From contig NC_092647.1 of NCBI RefSeq assembly GCF_039555335.1, positions 51,861,740-51,925,739 of the forward strand: DNA of 64,000 bases, written 5' to 3'. Source of the stretch: Amphiura filiformis (Eukaryota). This document shows positions 48,650 through 60,400 of the stretch, in pieces. The notes under the pieces are model-generated. The model did no database searches. It worked only from the letters and a program-made list of their open reading frames with translations, and was not told where the DNA came from. Position 1 is the stretch's first letter. Each line of letters opens with the position of its first letter. The position numbers were made by a program, and so were the translations under genes.

Positions 48650-48773
48650 GTAGCTGACAAGCTATCCAAGTTTTACTTCCGGGTCAGACGCAGTGCCAAG
48701 AAAGCATTTTCTGTCATTGATAAGGTCTATAAAAAGCAACAAGAAACTCCCAGACCAGTACCGTCACAGCAAG
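48650..48773 (+). CDS. PARP4: PARP4-like exon 27
   Basis: Acceptor CAG at 48647-48649, donor AG|GTAAGT at 48774. Only open frame from the acceptor. Encodes VADKLSKFYFRVRRSAKKAFSVIDKVYKKQQETPRPVPSQQ. Phase consistent. Confidence 0.55.
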
Positions 48774-49107
48774 GTAAGTCGCTTTTGTTGCTTTTCACAT
48801 AAATTTGTCAAGTTGGCTGTAATCAGTAACATTTATGTGTTGTGGGTGGGGGTGTGTTGGTATCGTGTACTACTTGGAGATGTTACTTTTTCTGAAAAAG
48901 ATGACATGCAGAGGAGCCCTGGCCTAAGTTTGTTTAATCGCTAATTCTTTCTCCTGGTATATAGCATATGAGATTATTCGCTGCAATTCTAATTGTAATT
49001 GGCTGTTGCTCGAAAATCACAATGTGAGTTCTTTCAAACAAAGTTGGCCATCCTTATGCTCCCAGCTTGAACTTGAAGTCATTTTCGATTTTATTTCAAT
49101 CTTTTAG

Positions 49108-49171
49108 TGTACAAATCAGAGGAGCTAGAGCACTTGGATCAATTGGAAAAGGCAGCTGAGTGGGCTCAACT
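49108..49171 (+). CDS. PARP4: PARP4-like exon 28
   Basis: Acceptor AG at 49106-49107, donor GTAAGT at 49172. Encodes (V)YKSEELEHLDQLEKAAEWAQ(L). Phase 1 in, phase 2 out, consistent with neighbours. Confidence 0.55.
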
Positions 49172-50135
49172 GTAAGTATCACTATGAACCTCATCCCAAT
49201 GGCATTGTTCAATAACCTCAATTAAACAATCATAGTGCAAAATTTGACCTCAAGTTGCAGAGCATGAGTTTTTGTACCCAAATTTTCAAAGGTCATTCAA
49301 TGAATGTGTAATTGTATTGGGGTTAAAGAACTGCACACTGATGGGTGAGCTTTTCGTGGACCCGAGTGTATGCAGCTGCAAAACGTACATGATAAACACC
49401 ATGTGCTTACAAGATATTCTTCTAATCAGATAAAAAAATTTATTGTTTAAGATTAGTGTAGGCCTACATATTTCTTTTTTAATCGAATGAGCAGTGGCTT
49501 TCAATTTAAATCAAAATATATGTAAATAACACCATCAAATTTGGTGGGTATGTTCCCCCAGAATTTTGAGGTGGTGGGTCTTTGGGAGCTGATGCGTACC
49601 GGTAAAAGGGGGTCTTTTGGAGCTGCGAACCGGGGTGCAAACAAGTAAAATGGGGACTTTCATAGCTGCTAACAGTAAAATCAAGGGTCTTTCTTGCTTT
49701 TTGGTTGAAAATCGTCAGGAAAAAAATAGAAATATGAGGAATGAGCAATTTGGGGGTCTTTTAGAGCTGAAATTATCAAAATCAAGGGTCTTTTGGTGCT
49801 CTATTTTGGTCAAGTATAGGGGGTCTTTCGAAGCTGCGAAATCTAAAAAGGGGGGTCTTTCCGGGGGAGCATACCCGTATGGTCATTTGTGTTAAGTGCC
49901 ACCCCGGGCTCAATTTACACACAAATGTATATTTTATAGAATAAAATTGCGACAAAAAAAGCAGAAAAAAATAAATAATTTGACATAGAAATGAAAATCC
50001 ATGTTAAAAATAACTGAAAAAAATTCAATAGTTGATTTGCAACATTATCATTATTTATTTTTTTATCTTTTCAATGATAGTGCCTTGAAATAATTTGTAG
50101 TATAATCGTAATGGTGATTTGTTGACATTTTACAG

Positions 50136-50233
50136 GTGTAAATCTCTTGAAGAAAGCTTTCAACCCATTGACATTGGACCGCCTGTAAGAGATGAATCAA
50201 CAACTCCTTATGAAGAAGAAATACATGAAGAAG
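50136..50233 (+). CDS. PARP4: PARP4-like exon 29. Its downstream intron appears to be GC-AG.
   Basis: Acceptor CAG at 50133-50135. Encodes (L)CKSLEESFQPIDIGPPVRDESTTPYEEEIHEE(G). Only the GAAG|GCAAGT donor at 50234 leaves the phase-1 overhang needed by the strong acceptor at 50615-50617 of exon 30. The alternative GT donor at 50238 breaks phase. Confidence 0.55.
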
Positions 50234-50617
50234 GCAAGTATTTGGTTTAGCACACCCCAAAATCACGTCTCCCATTTTTTGGGTTTTTGTTGAAAAAGGG
50301 GTCCATTCATAGATGGCTCCAAGAAATCTGGGTTATTATGTGTAAATACTAAATATTGGGTGTCATTGACCATGAAAAATAACTTTTGGGCATAAATGTG
50401 CAAAAATTTGCCATTTTGGAGCTAAAATTGCTACAGAAATGTTACTTTTGTTCAAAATGGGCTCGAATTGTGCAACAAATGTGCAGATTTGGTGAGTTCT
50501 AAAAAATGGGGGTCATTGGGTGTGAACTGATGAAAAAAGGGGGTCATTGGGCAGTAGAGAAACCCTGGATCCACGTATTCAAAATATTTTATACCAAGTT
50601 ATATTTCTTTGATACAG

Positions 50618-52272
50618 GTGATGAAAGTGCAGAGGTCTTACTACCTGTCCTTGAGCTTGAATATGATAACCAACCACTTGACAGGATAGTGGATTTGCCA
50701 CCAATGAGACTGAGTGCACAAATGCGTGCAGATAGCATTGCAGAAGAGCGCATAGAGGTCTTGAAAGAAGATATGTTAGAAGGAGATGACCTTGAATATG
50801 ACACAGTCGAGCTTGTTCCCATCATGCCTTGTTTAGGTTCAGCGCGTGCAGAGAGCCCTGAAACAGTGGAAGAAATTCATTATGCAGATTATGAAGAAGA
50901 TGTTAAGCCGGTTACTGTGATTGCAAAAAGTGCACGTGCAGAGTCTCCAAAAATGAGGAAGAGATATGAAGGAGATAGCGATGAGGATACCTATGCTTAT
51001 GGAGATTTACCACCGAGCTTGCCGTTTTTGTCAAGACAGATGACTATGGGATCTGAAGATGATTATGAGGAGCTGGCTGGATCAGTACCACCATCCACTA
51101 TTGAAAGAGACATAGGGGGCATCGCAGGTGGTAGTGGTGATAGTTTTGATGATTATGAAGCACTACCAATAGGCCCAAAATCCTCTGCTGAAAGAAGTAT
51201 CGGTGGTATCGCAGGAGGGGGTGATGATGATGGATTCATCCCCTATGAGGACTTACCCCCAAGCTCGCCAGTATTGATGAGACAAAGTACAATGGAATCT
51301 GAGGATGATTATGAGTGGGTGGCAGGTGTATCACCACCACCACCCTCTGCTAAAGAAAGGATGGGTGGCATTGCAGGTGGTTCCTATGATGATTATGAAG
51401 CACTACCAATAGGCCTACCAAAGGCAGCAGGACTACCACCTCCTGCACCTGCGGCACCCCCGCCAGTTGCACTTGGTGCTGCAGCACCCCCACCAGTACC
51501 TGGTGCAGCACCACCACTCCCCTCACCACCTGCACCTGTTGCACGAGCACCCCAGCAATCACCAGGTGCAGTACCACCACCCCCACCACCTGCACCTGAT
51601 GCAGCAGTACCACCACCACCACCACCACCACCATCATCTCGTAGAGCACCACCTGCACCTGGTGGACCACCATTTCACAAAATGGCAAACATGCCGTCAT
51701 TACCTGCATCTGAAAAATCAAAACCCACCCTCCTGAGTGAAATAAGACAAGGTGCTGCACTTAAGTCAGTTGAATTGAAAATTCCTTCTAAACAAGCTGT
51801 GGCGGAATTACCATTGAATAGCATATTACTACGCCATCAATTTTCTGTTGATGCAGATGAAGATGATTATGAAGATGATGAATGGGATGATGATTGGAGA
51901 GAAGTGCCTGAAAAAGAAAGATCAGAGAGAGAATCAGATGAAAAACAGATCAGTGATGATGCTATTGAAAACGCTGAAGAACGAACTCGCTCTCTTGATG
52001 ATCTGCTACAAAAATCAGAAGAACTGTCAAAGAAGGGTAGTGTGGCATTTTCCAGCAAAGCCAAGTTGAAAAAGAAACGTGTAGCCCTGGGAATTCGTTT
52101 TCCTGCTCATGATGGGAAGCATGAGAAAGAAGAAAAGAAGAAGAAAGCTGTAAAAGAGAAGATGAAAGTAGCAGAGCCAGTGGAACCACTGACAGATATA
52201 CCAAGTGCTAGGAGGAGTAAGCCACAACTGAATGCATCAAACATTGAGAAGCTACTGAAACTGAGAGAACAG
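50618..52272 (+). CDS. PARP4: PARP4-like exon 30, a giant exon with acidic tandem repeats, a polyproline tract and a WH2-like motif
   Basis: Acceptor CAG at 50615-50617 with a long pyrimidine tract. Uninterrupted 551-codon frame (part of the 605-aa ORF 50506..52323). Donor CAG|GTGAGT at 52273. Strong codon and composition structure. Phase matches exon 31, which has clear PARP4 C-terminal homology. Confidence 0.7.
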
Positions 52273-53236
52273 GTGAGTAGGAGACCTTGTACGGGTACAC
52301 GCTCAGAAAAAAGTGCAACTTAGAACCTTTTTTGTCTCGTATACAGCACCTTAAGTAATGATTATGTGATACAAAGAACTATTTTCTTGAATAAAGAACT
52401 TTTTTGATTCTACAAAGAACCCCGTGGAAAACCAATGGATTTCCAAAAAAAGTACTTTAGCCAAGAAAATAGTTCTTTGTAAAACCTTAAGCTTCAAGAA
52501 CCTTTAAGAAACCATTCAGAAAGAATCCTCAAAAAGGGTTCTAAGTTTAACAGAAAATAGGTTCTTTAGCCAAGAAAATTATTTTTAGAACCAAAAAGGG
52601 TTAATGCTTCTTATTTTCACTTTTTTACTTTGTTATGGGTCCCTGAATTATTGAATTAGAAAGTTTCTATGCTTATATAAATCTTCAATGTTCTTTAAAG
52701 AACTTTCCAAAGTTATTTATAGATCTTAAACATTAATTGCTTAGGGTACTGTATAGTTGCACCTTTATTCTAAGAGTGTCTATGTGTCGGGGGGGCACTC
52801 ACATGTGAAGGTGGTACAGGTATGTGCGGCGGTCAAGGGTCCCTTTTTCAGGCTCTAGCAGTTCCTTAAGACCCACATTTGGATATGCTCTAGTTCTTTG
52901 AGCCTCAAACTCGGACAATTGTTGTAGCTCTTTAAGCTCAAATTTGGAACAATTTGGAAATTTTTTAGCTCCACAGCCTATAATTTGACCCTAATTTCAG
53001 TTCATCAAGCCCCTATTTTCCCCGAAAATCAGTTCTTTGTTGCCAACATTTGGTGCTCTGCGCCGCACACCACTACCAAAATTCAAGTTGAGCCCCCACC
53101 CGAGATTATGCATACATTTTGCCATATCTCATGAAATGTTATGCAAGTTATCAGAAACTGTTACAGGTAGCCAACAAAAATTACTGTAATTATAGGTTAA
53201 TGAGCGCATTACATTTGTTGGGAGAGAAATTAGACA

Positions 53237-53340
53237 AAATAATGCATGCACGCTGATGTTGATGCGTCTAATGCACGAGCCCCGAGGGGGGAGTGCATTA
53301 GACGCATCAACATCAGCGCAAGTGTATTATTTTGTCTAAT
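53237..53340. repeat. Near-perfect 44-bp-stem hairpin. A related half-site sits at 21425-21490.
   Basis: gacaaaataatgcatgcacgctgatgttgatgcgtctaatgcac, loop gagccccgagggggga, then the reverse complement. Confidence 0.8.
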
Positions 53341-53644
53341 TTCTCGAGCAGTAAGTAATACACATTTATTAACCTATTTCATACACAAGAAAAAAGATAA
53401 ATGCATAATTTTTCTGTTTTTATGACAAATTATCACTATAGAAAGAAATATAAATGCATCAACCCGCCCGAAAAATGAATCAATCATATGCGATGCGAAC
53501 GTGCGCGAAACACTGCGCGTAGTACGCGGAGTGCACAATATACACAATCATTGCATGTTTCACATTTTCTAATGCTTGCTCTGATTGGTTCTCGCTATCA
53601 TAGAGTGTATTAATTTGTAATTGATTTGCCTTTTGTACATGCAG

Positions 53645-53741
53645 GGTTACAAATGGCGCTTTTCAAAAGATTTTGACAAGATCTTAGGCATCAACAGCCA
53701 GATTTGTACTGCTACTATCCAGGATACTAAGCTTGCATGGG
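53645..53741 (+). CDS. PARP4: PARP4-like exon 31, start of the major-vault-protein-interaction-like C-terminal region
   Basis: Acceptor CAG at 53642-53644, donor G|GTAAGT at 53742. GYKWRFSKDFDKILGINSQICTATIQDTKLAW aligns to human DGFWKLTPELGLILNLNTNGLHSFLKQKGI. Confidence 0.75.
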
Positions 53742-54184
53742 GTAAGTACTAGAGTACCGAAGTGTGACGTCATAAAATTTTCTTTTTTTGCATTTCAGCA
53801 TTTTCATGACCATATTTCAGTAGAACATGATGAAACATCCATGGTCCAAATGACTGTTTGGAACCAGGCCAATTTACACTGATTTCAATGGGGTTAATTA
53901 GGTATTCATGCGGCCATATCTCGGGGCCCTCATGATCCGATTCCCACCAAATTTGGACTGTGGATGTTTTTCATCATGCTCCACCGATACATGGTATTCA
54001 AAACGCTGAAAAAAGTTTTCTGTGACGTCATCACTTCGGTACTCTATTTAGCTTTTCATCTCTCTGCAATCAGTGACAGAGTTGGAATTTTTTTCAGGGG
54101 GCCTCAATAAGCTGAAATTTGGCAATTTTTGCTAAAAATGTTGGAATTTTCTGTTATTTTTGTTCTGACTGGGCAACCAAGGGG

Positions 54185-55262
54185 TGTCAAACCAAGATTT
54201 GGGGACTGATACACACTTAAAACTACGGGGTCAAAAATGACCCAAACGGGGTCATTTTTGACCCCAGCATAGTTATCAACTAAACACCATACCACTAACG
54301 GGGTCATTTTGACCCCATTGGTCGGGATCATTGCAATGACTACGTATTTGGGTCAAATAGTAACCCCATTGGGGTCAAAATATTACCACATTTCGGGGTC
54401 AAATGAAATGACCCCTTCAAAAGGGTTGCCTTATTGGGTTACTTAATGACCTCATTTCGGGGTCAAATGAAATGACCCATTTGAAAGGGTTGTTTTATAG
54501 GGTTACTCAATAACCACATTTAGGGGTTGTTTGGATTTTTTTAGTAGGCCTATGATCATGCTGGTCCCACCAGGACATAAGTGTGTTTCTGCACAGAGAA
54601 AGCATTACATAAACAGCAAACTGCGTCTGTGTATCACCCTCACACACAGTCAGTCATCGCCTCTCACCGCTGACGTATTATAAGCTTACATGATATAAGC
54701 TTATAACAACTGCAGCCAAGACACCAGCCACGACAGCATGAAATTGGAATGAATCTGCGTGCATAGACAAGGGTCTATCGGCATCCTTGCAGTCTCACTT
54801 TTCAACTAACTTTTCATATTCCATCATGCAGACAAGCACACGACAATCCGCTGAGCTGCACAATCAGAACAAATATGGCGCTGATGTGACCACGTGAGCC
54901 GATGCACACCGTGTGTGCAAATAGTTCCGAAATGCAAGTCATTATAAAGTTGACAAATTGGGTAACTTCGGTCAAAAAATTAGTTTTATTTATTAATCAA
55001 TAAACATTAATTGCAGCTCATGTTTAAACTCATTTATGAATTGAGATTTTCAAAGCGGAAGATTGAAACTGATATCAATGCGCGACGGTATCGGCAAAAT
55101 GACCACTAAGTTTTTGACCACGTTCGTCGTGGCTAAAATGACCTCGTGAGTGTGGTCAAATTAAAACAGTACAACCCCCTTGAAGGGTCAAAACAACCCC
55201 AAACGTGGTCAATTCAAAATGACCACGGAAAATATAACCCCGTAGTTTTTAGTGTGTAGTCA
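54185..55262. mobile_element. Foldback element of about 1.1 kb with terminal inverted repeats and palindromic sub-repeats GGGGTCA(A)nTGACCCC
   Basis: cacacttaaaactacgggg at 54218 is reverse-complemented as ccccgtagtttttagtgtgtag at 55240. Tandem sub-units of about 68 bp at 54393-54530. Confidence 0.65.
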
Positions 55263-56071
55263 TAAAGATGAAGGTGGGGTCATTTGGTGAAAAATTGTAT
55301 AGACCAAAGACTGGCGAGAGCTGGCCAGGGGATGGGGGTAAACTCAAATTCAGCATTAATTAAAATGCCTCACCCTGTTAAAACAATTTGAAACTAGTGA
55401 AGAAAAGTGGACACAACATTTTAAAAAGCTTCAGTGCCATGGTTTCCTCTCTTGATCCAAAGGCTAGCAGTAAATGTGTTCTCTTGATTTATTGGGAGAG
55501 GTCTTCATTTCCCTGATCTTCAGTGAAATCTTTCTCTTTTTTTTCTTTCTACATAGACCAGCATGTCTATGCTTTTTAGCTTGGCTTGAACATTTTGTTT
55601 GCGCCTGGTCGCATCAGGACACAAGTACTATGTGATTATTAAAGAAACATACAAAGAACAAGTTATATAGCAAAACCTCCTAACTAGGGTCTTAGCTAGA
55701 AATTGAGGGTTGCCCATCATTTGAATAAAATTGCCTGTCCGAATTTGACCTTTAAAACATTTACCAGATGTCTATAGCCCATTTGGGGTTCAAAGAGTTC
55801 AAATATGTGCTGATATGGCCTTCTCCTACAAATCTGGTCTACTAAAAAAGTCAGTTAGCTTCTCAAAATTTATAATATAGCATCTGTCAAAGGCATTAAT
55901 TTTGCCCGTCTCAGGAGCAAACTGGCCGTCTTAAATGACGGCCAGACGGGTGGCTAGCTAAGACCCTGCTCCTAACTCATTTTCGTGTATTTATGTTGTT
56001 ATGATTGGGTTTTTTTACAAAATGTCAAATTCTTTAATTTAACATCTTTTTCTTTGTATATCGATGAACAG

Positions 56072-56329
56072 AGGCGTCACAAGGACAACTTGATGATATC
56101 CACATACTTATTGCTGTGATGCTAGCTGTGTTGCATCTGAGAACGTTCTTGGCTTCACAACCTAAGAAGAAATCTAAGAAACAAACAACACTCTGTGAGC
56201 ATGTACAGAAAGCAATCGATGCAGCAATGGAAATGCTTGAGCATTTTATGCAAGATCTTGATTTGAGAAATATGCCAGAAAAATCTGGTTTGGGTGTGGA
56301 TTGGTGGGAGATAGGAAACAAGCTATTTG
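56072..56329 (+). CDS. PARP4: PARP4-like exon 32, C-terminal region. The terminal exon and stop codon were not located.
   Basis: Acceptor CAG at 56069-56071, donor G|GTAATG at 56330. ...QLDDIHILIAVMLAVLHLRTFLASQ...CEHVQKAIDAAMEML...KSGLGVDWWEIGNKLF aligns to human LLDLIATMLVLQFIRTRLEKEG...IPWAFEAIKQASEWV...PRLELGNDWDSATKQLLG. Ends in phase 1, so at least one more coding exon follows. Confidence 0.8.
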
Positions 56330-58130
56330 GTAATGTAATATAAGCGTGGTCAATTTTGGAAATAAGGGCCAAAAACATTTTAGAGCTTTTTTCATATGAT
56401 GTGACAATCAAGCTGAAAGACTTGTACAAAGACTAATTTCAAGTTATGCATTCTAATTTTTGGCAAACATATTTTCTAATCTTTTTCATAATCAATTATC
56501 GAAAATTTCATTTAATAGTAAAATTATGAGCTCGTAGCTTATACTCAATATTTTGATGCTTAGACTTGTGCCAAGTCTAAGAATTATGTGACTACAATTG
56601 TAAGAAAATAAACAAAATTGTATTTGGTCTTGAAATATTGCAATTAAAATATATCTTTAAGAAAAAAACCAATTCTAGTAGAAACATTCTTTACATTTAA
56701 AACGCTATACCGATATGGGCGATTTTTCAATGGAAAAGATGAGACCTAAGATACAGTGATAAGATTTAAGTGCATTACGTTTTACTACCTGAAGAAAATT
56801 TATCAAAAATTGAATTCTCTCCTGAGGTTAGTATCTGTCAATGAATTGACCAGATCACCAGGCTGTCATTATAGCTAGAGGCATTATATGACACACATGG
56901 GTCAATGTGTTACATTAAAATGACCTTGTGTGGTATTTAGCTCCCAGGAAGTTAGTTTCGCCTGAGGCAATTACCGTCGATTTGGTTGAAAAAGGAGGTG
57001 AGACATGGTCAATTCTGTTCAGGCAGTGAAACCTAATGGCAAATGCAGGCACAAAAACAGGTAAAGTTCGATGGCCAAATTGCCAATTCCAGAGCCCACA
57101 GAAGGGCAGGAAAACAAAAGTACACTGGAAGTGATGAAAATCACTGTGGACATAGCAGACAAATAAAACCAAACAGACAATTTTCTGTTTTTATCTTTCC
57201 CCCACCCCCCGGTTCAGTTTTAGAAAAGATTAGGTATTCATCCCTCGTGCTTTTGGTACAAACAATACTTGCGTTGAAAGGATGCTGCTTGGCAGTGGCA
57301 TGCGCAAAGGGGGGGGGGGCAGGGGGGCACCGCACCTTACACACCTAAATCAGACTCCATTAGGGTGAACTGAACAACCTGGCCCCCCACTTTCAATGTG
57401 CTGTGCACGCCACTGCTGCTTGGCGAAAGCGATCCTATTCTGATATTCAAAACTGTGCTTTGTAGAGCGCCATATAATGCTTAATTGTGATAAATAAATA
57501 CATAAATGAATAAAATCACAGATATTGATCCAATATCTGTGATAGAATGAAATGAAAAAAATATGTCTTTGCCTAATGTTGTGTGGGTGTGTGAAGAGGG
57601 TGGCAGGTGTGAGTGGTGATGGGGTGTGATTGGTGATGGGGTGTGTGGGGTTCAAGCTGTTGGTGTTTGAGTGGTGCGGGGGTGAGTAGGAGTTTGTGTA
57701 TTTTTTAAACAAGTGGGAATATTCTATAAAATGTTAATGGTAGTGCGGAAAGTGCATAGGCTTAGATCAGGGGGATGGTGATAAATCCCCCCTCCCCATA
57801 TTTTGCTAGGGGATGGGTCCATACAATCATCCCCCAATGTTGATGCCAGTATGTGGGTAACCACATATTTGACCATTTTGGCCCCACTTTTGCACCATAT
57901 TTCACCAGTTTAGCTTCAGTAAATGGCAACATTTTCCGTGCACATTTGTACCTTTACCTTTATATAATCTGTGGCCAAAAGGTTCTGGATTCATTATACT
58001 TCAATATATTTTTTCCAATCCCATCCCTCCCAATGTAAAAAAGTAATCTACTCCACTGGTAAAATGAAAAAATTACCTCTTGAGATGTAGGCCTAGTAGT
58101 CTTGAAGTACCATTGTGAATTTGCACGTGT

Positions 58131-58891
58131 ATAAACTCCTCAACAAAAGTTTGGAAAGTTTTTTCAAGCATCTATATCTCCCAATTATTTGTGACATATT
58201 CATATCGTGTTGCATATCAATGGATAGCTACAATACTCCCCTTTACAATAACACCCCATTTGAAACAATAGCATTTTCACGGCTGAGTACAGGCCTTGTG
58301 AATGTAGTGGGGTCTCGAACAGAATTTGCCAAATTGACCATTATTCTGTGAACAACGCTCGCCACTAACCTGAACAGCGGGTGGAAAAACCACAGGCAGC
58401 CACAATAATCACCTCATGCTGCTCACTGACCTGGTTACACCTTACTGTGGGATGGCATTCCATTCTTCAAAAAGGATTCGTCGCAGGTCATTCAATGTGG
58501 TTGCATATGGGCTTCTCTGGCACGCACAGAACGATCAAGCTGGTCCCACAAGTGTTCAATCGGGTTGAGGTCTGTCCCCAGGTCTGGCCTGATGGCAGAC
58601 CATTTTGTCTCTACTCCCATATCCTGTAGGTAGTCGTTGACTACCGTGACAATGTGGGGCGAGCGGTGTCATCTTGGAGGATTGCATTAGGTCCCAGATT
58701 GTGAAGATATGCGATTGCAGCTTGCTGCATGCACAGAATAATGGTCGATTTGGCAAATTCTTTTCGAGACCCAGAATGTTATTGTTTCAAATCAGCTATC
58801 CATTGATATGCAACACGATATGAATATGTCACAAGTAATTGGAGTTACAGATGCTTGAAAAAACTTTCCAAACTTTTGTTGAGGAGTTTAT
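58131..58891 (-). mobile_element. Internally deleted Tc1/mariner-like transposon with a transposase C-terminal remnant
   Basis: About 200-bp terminal inverted repeats as at 44347. The minus strand of 58430-58740 translates to ...ILQDDTARPHIVTVVNDYLQDMGVETKWSAIRPDLGTDLNPIEHLWDQLDRSVRAR. This matches the Tc1 DDE C-terminal region (QDNA.PH...SPDLNPIEHLW). Confidence 0.8.
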
Positions 58892-60119
58892 ATTAAAATG
58901 CGCATGATGCTCAGCTGCAGTCCACACAAAAGTGTGAAATTTGATTGTTGCCTAGAGCCTCCTTTCCGTGAATTGTTACATCAACACATGGTATCTAATT
59001 ATAATTATTCGTTTTATTAAGGACACACCAGGCCTAATTATGACAAACAACGACGTTAATTACATGTTTCAACTAAAATTCAATTTGATCAGTGACAATG
59101 TACATGCATACATATAGCCTATTATATCTAATTAAAATTAATATTATACATGTTATAAGACACACCAGGCCTAATAATGACTAGCAACGTTAATTACATT
59201 TCATCAAAAATTCAAATTGATCAATGCCAACCGGTGTGAATTGTGCTAATAAGGCCATATTTTTTTTATAGATTTTTCAAAACATTTTAGACTTTGGAAT
59301 ACCTAAGGGCTGTATGAACGTTTCGATAGTATTTTTGTGGGACATGAGAGCATATCAGACATATCGAATTGAATTCTGAATACGAAGAATGTCCTTCTGA
59401 TATCAAATAATTTAGATTTTTTGAAATTCGCGATATAGTACACATTTTATGACAAATTATTAAGATTTCAGGAATATTTTTTTTAATTTTGATATAATTT
59501 AGCAGTCCTTGAAGTAAACTTTCTAAATCGAATGATATGTACTTAAAGTGTATGTAGCTGACAAGCCAACGATCAATTGAAAATTGTTACCTTTCATATT
59601 GAAGATATACATTTTATCCCCAAATTAAAACAAAAAGACCAAATTTTTTAGGTGTTTTGGGGGGAAAATCCAAATCTTCAATATGAAAGGTCAAAATTTT
59701 CAATTGATTGTCAGCTTTTCATCCCAGCACCAAATACTTTAAGTACATATCATTAGATTTATCAAGTTTACTTCGAGGACTGTTAAATATCAAAAATATC
59801 AATTTTTAATCATTTGCTATATGGGGTGGTGTGCAACGCACTGAATGGTCTATTGTTCTATTGTGTCCGATTTGAGCGCTGACATATTGGAAAATGTTGC
59901 CAATCAATATTCATGAGAGTGTACATTCAACGTCCAATTTTCGAAATTGGGTGACTTGTGCTTGGCAGGTGTAAAATACATCTGACTGGGCGTTTTAAAT
60001 ACGTAACGCATAAAGGCATTGACATCATCGAATGGCTGCCTAAAGTGCTGTTAGTGTTAGGCCTATGTGTGTGTGTGGGGGGGGCTGTGTTTAGTTTCTA
60101 TAATAATTATTATAAGGCC

Positions 60120-60400
60120 TACATTTATTTGTCATTCCTTTCTTTTCCTTTCTCTGTACTTATTCTTTCCTTGCTAAAGTATCACTCCCTCATCTCCCTT
60201 CCCTTCTCCATCCCCTCTTACGTTTTGTCCCCTCTCATTCCTATCATTTTCTATTTATTTACGTCTATTTATTTATTTCTCTTTTATTTCTTCCTCTTTC
60301 TCTCTTCCTCCAGTCCCCTCTCATTCTTCATATCCCCTCCTCCACCCTCATCCCCTCCCAAGACCTCTCACAGAAGAACTGCCCCCTCAGTACCCCACTG
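60120..60400. repeat. Pyrimidine-rich (CT/CTT) low-complexity tract
   Basis: Direct reading. Source of the spurious ORF at 59958-60407. Confidence 0.85.

Noticed and set aside
51350-51760. 136-aa minus-strand ORF and the + frame poly-His ORF at 51467-51736
   Set aside because: These are antisense or frameshifted readings of the GC-rich polyproline-coding part of exon 30.
56330-57200. Candidate terminal PARP4 exon, for example the acceptors near 56936 or 57019
   Set aside because: Each gives only 2-4 codons before a stop, with no homology to the human C-terminus (LQPISTVSPLHRVLHYSQG). I could not place the last exon with confidence. It may lie further downstream or be very short.
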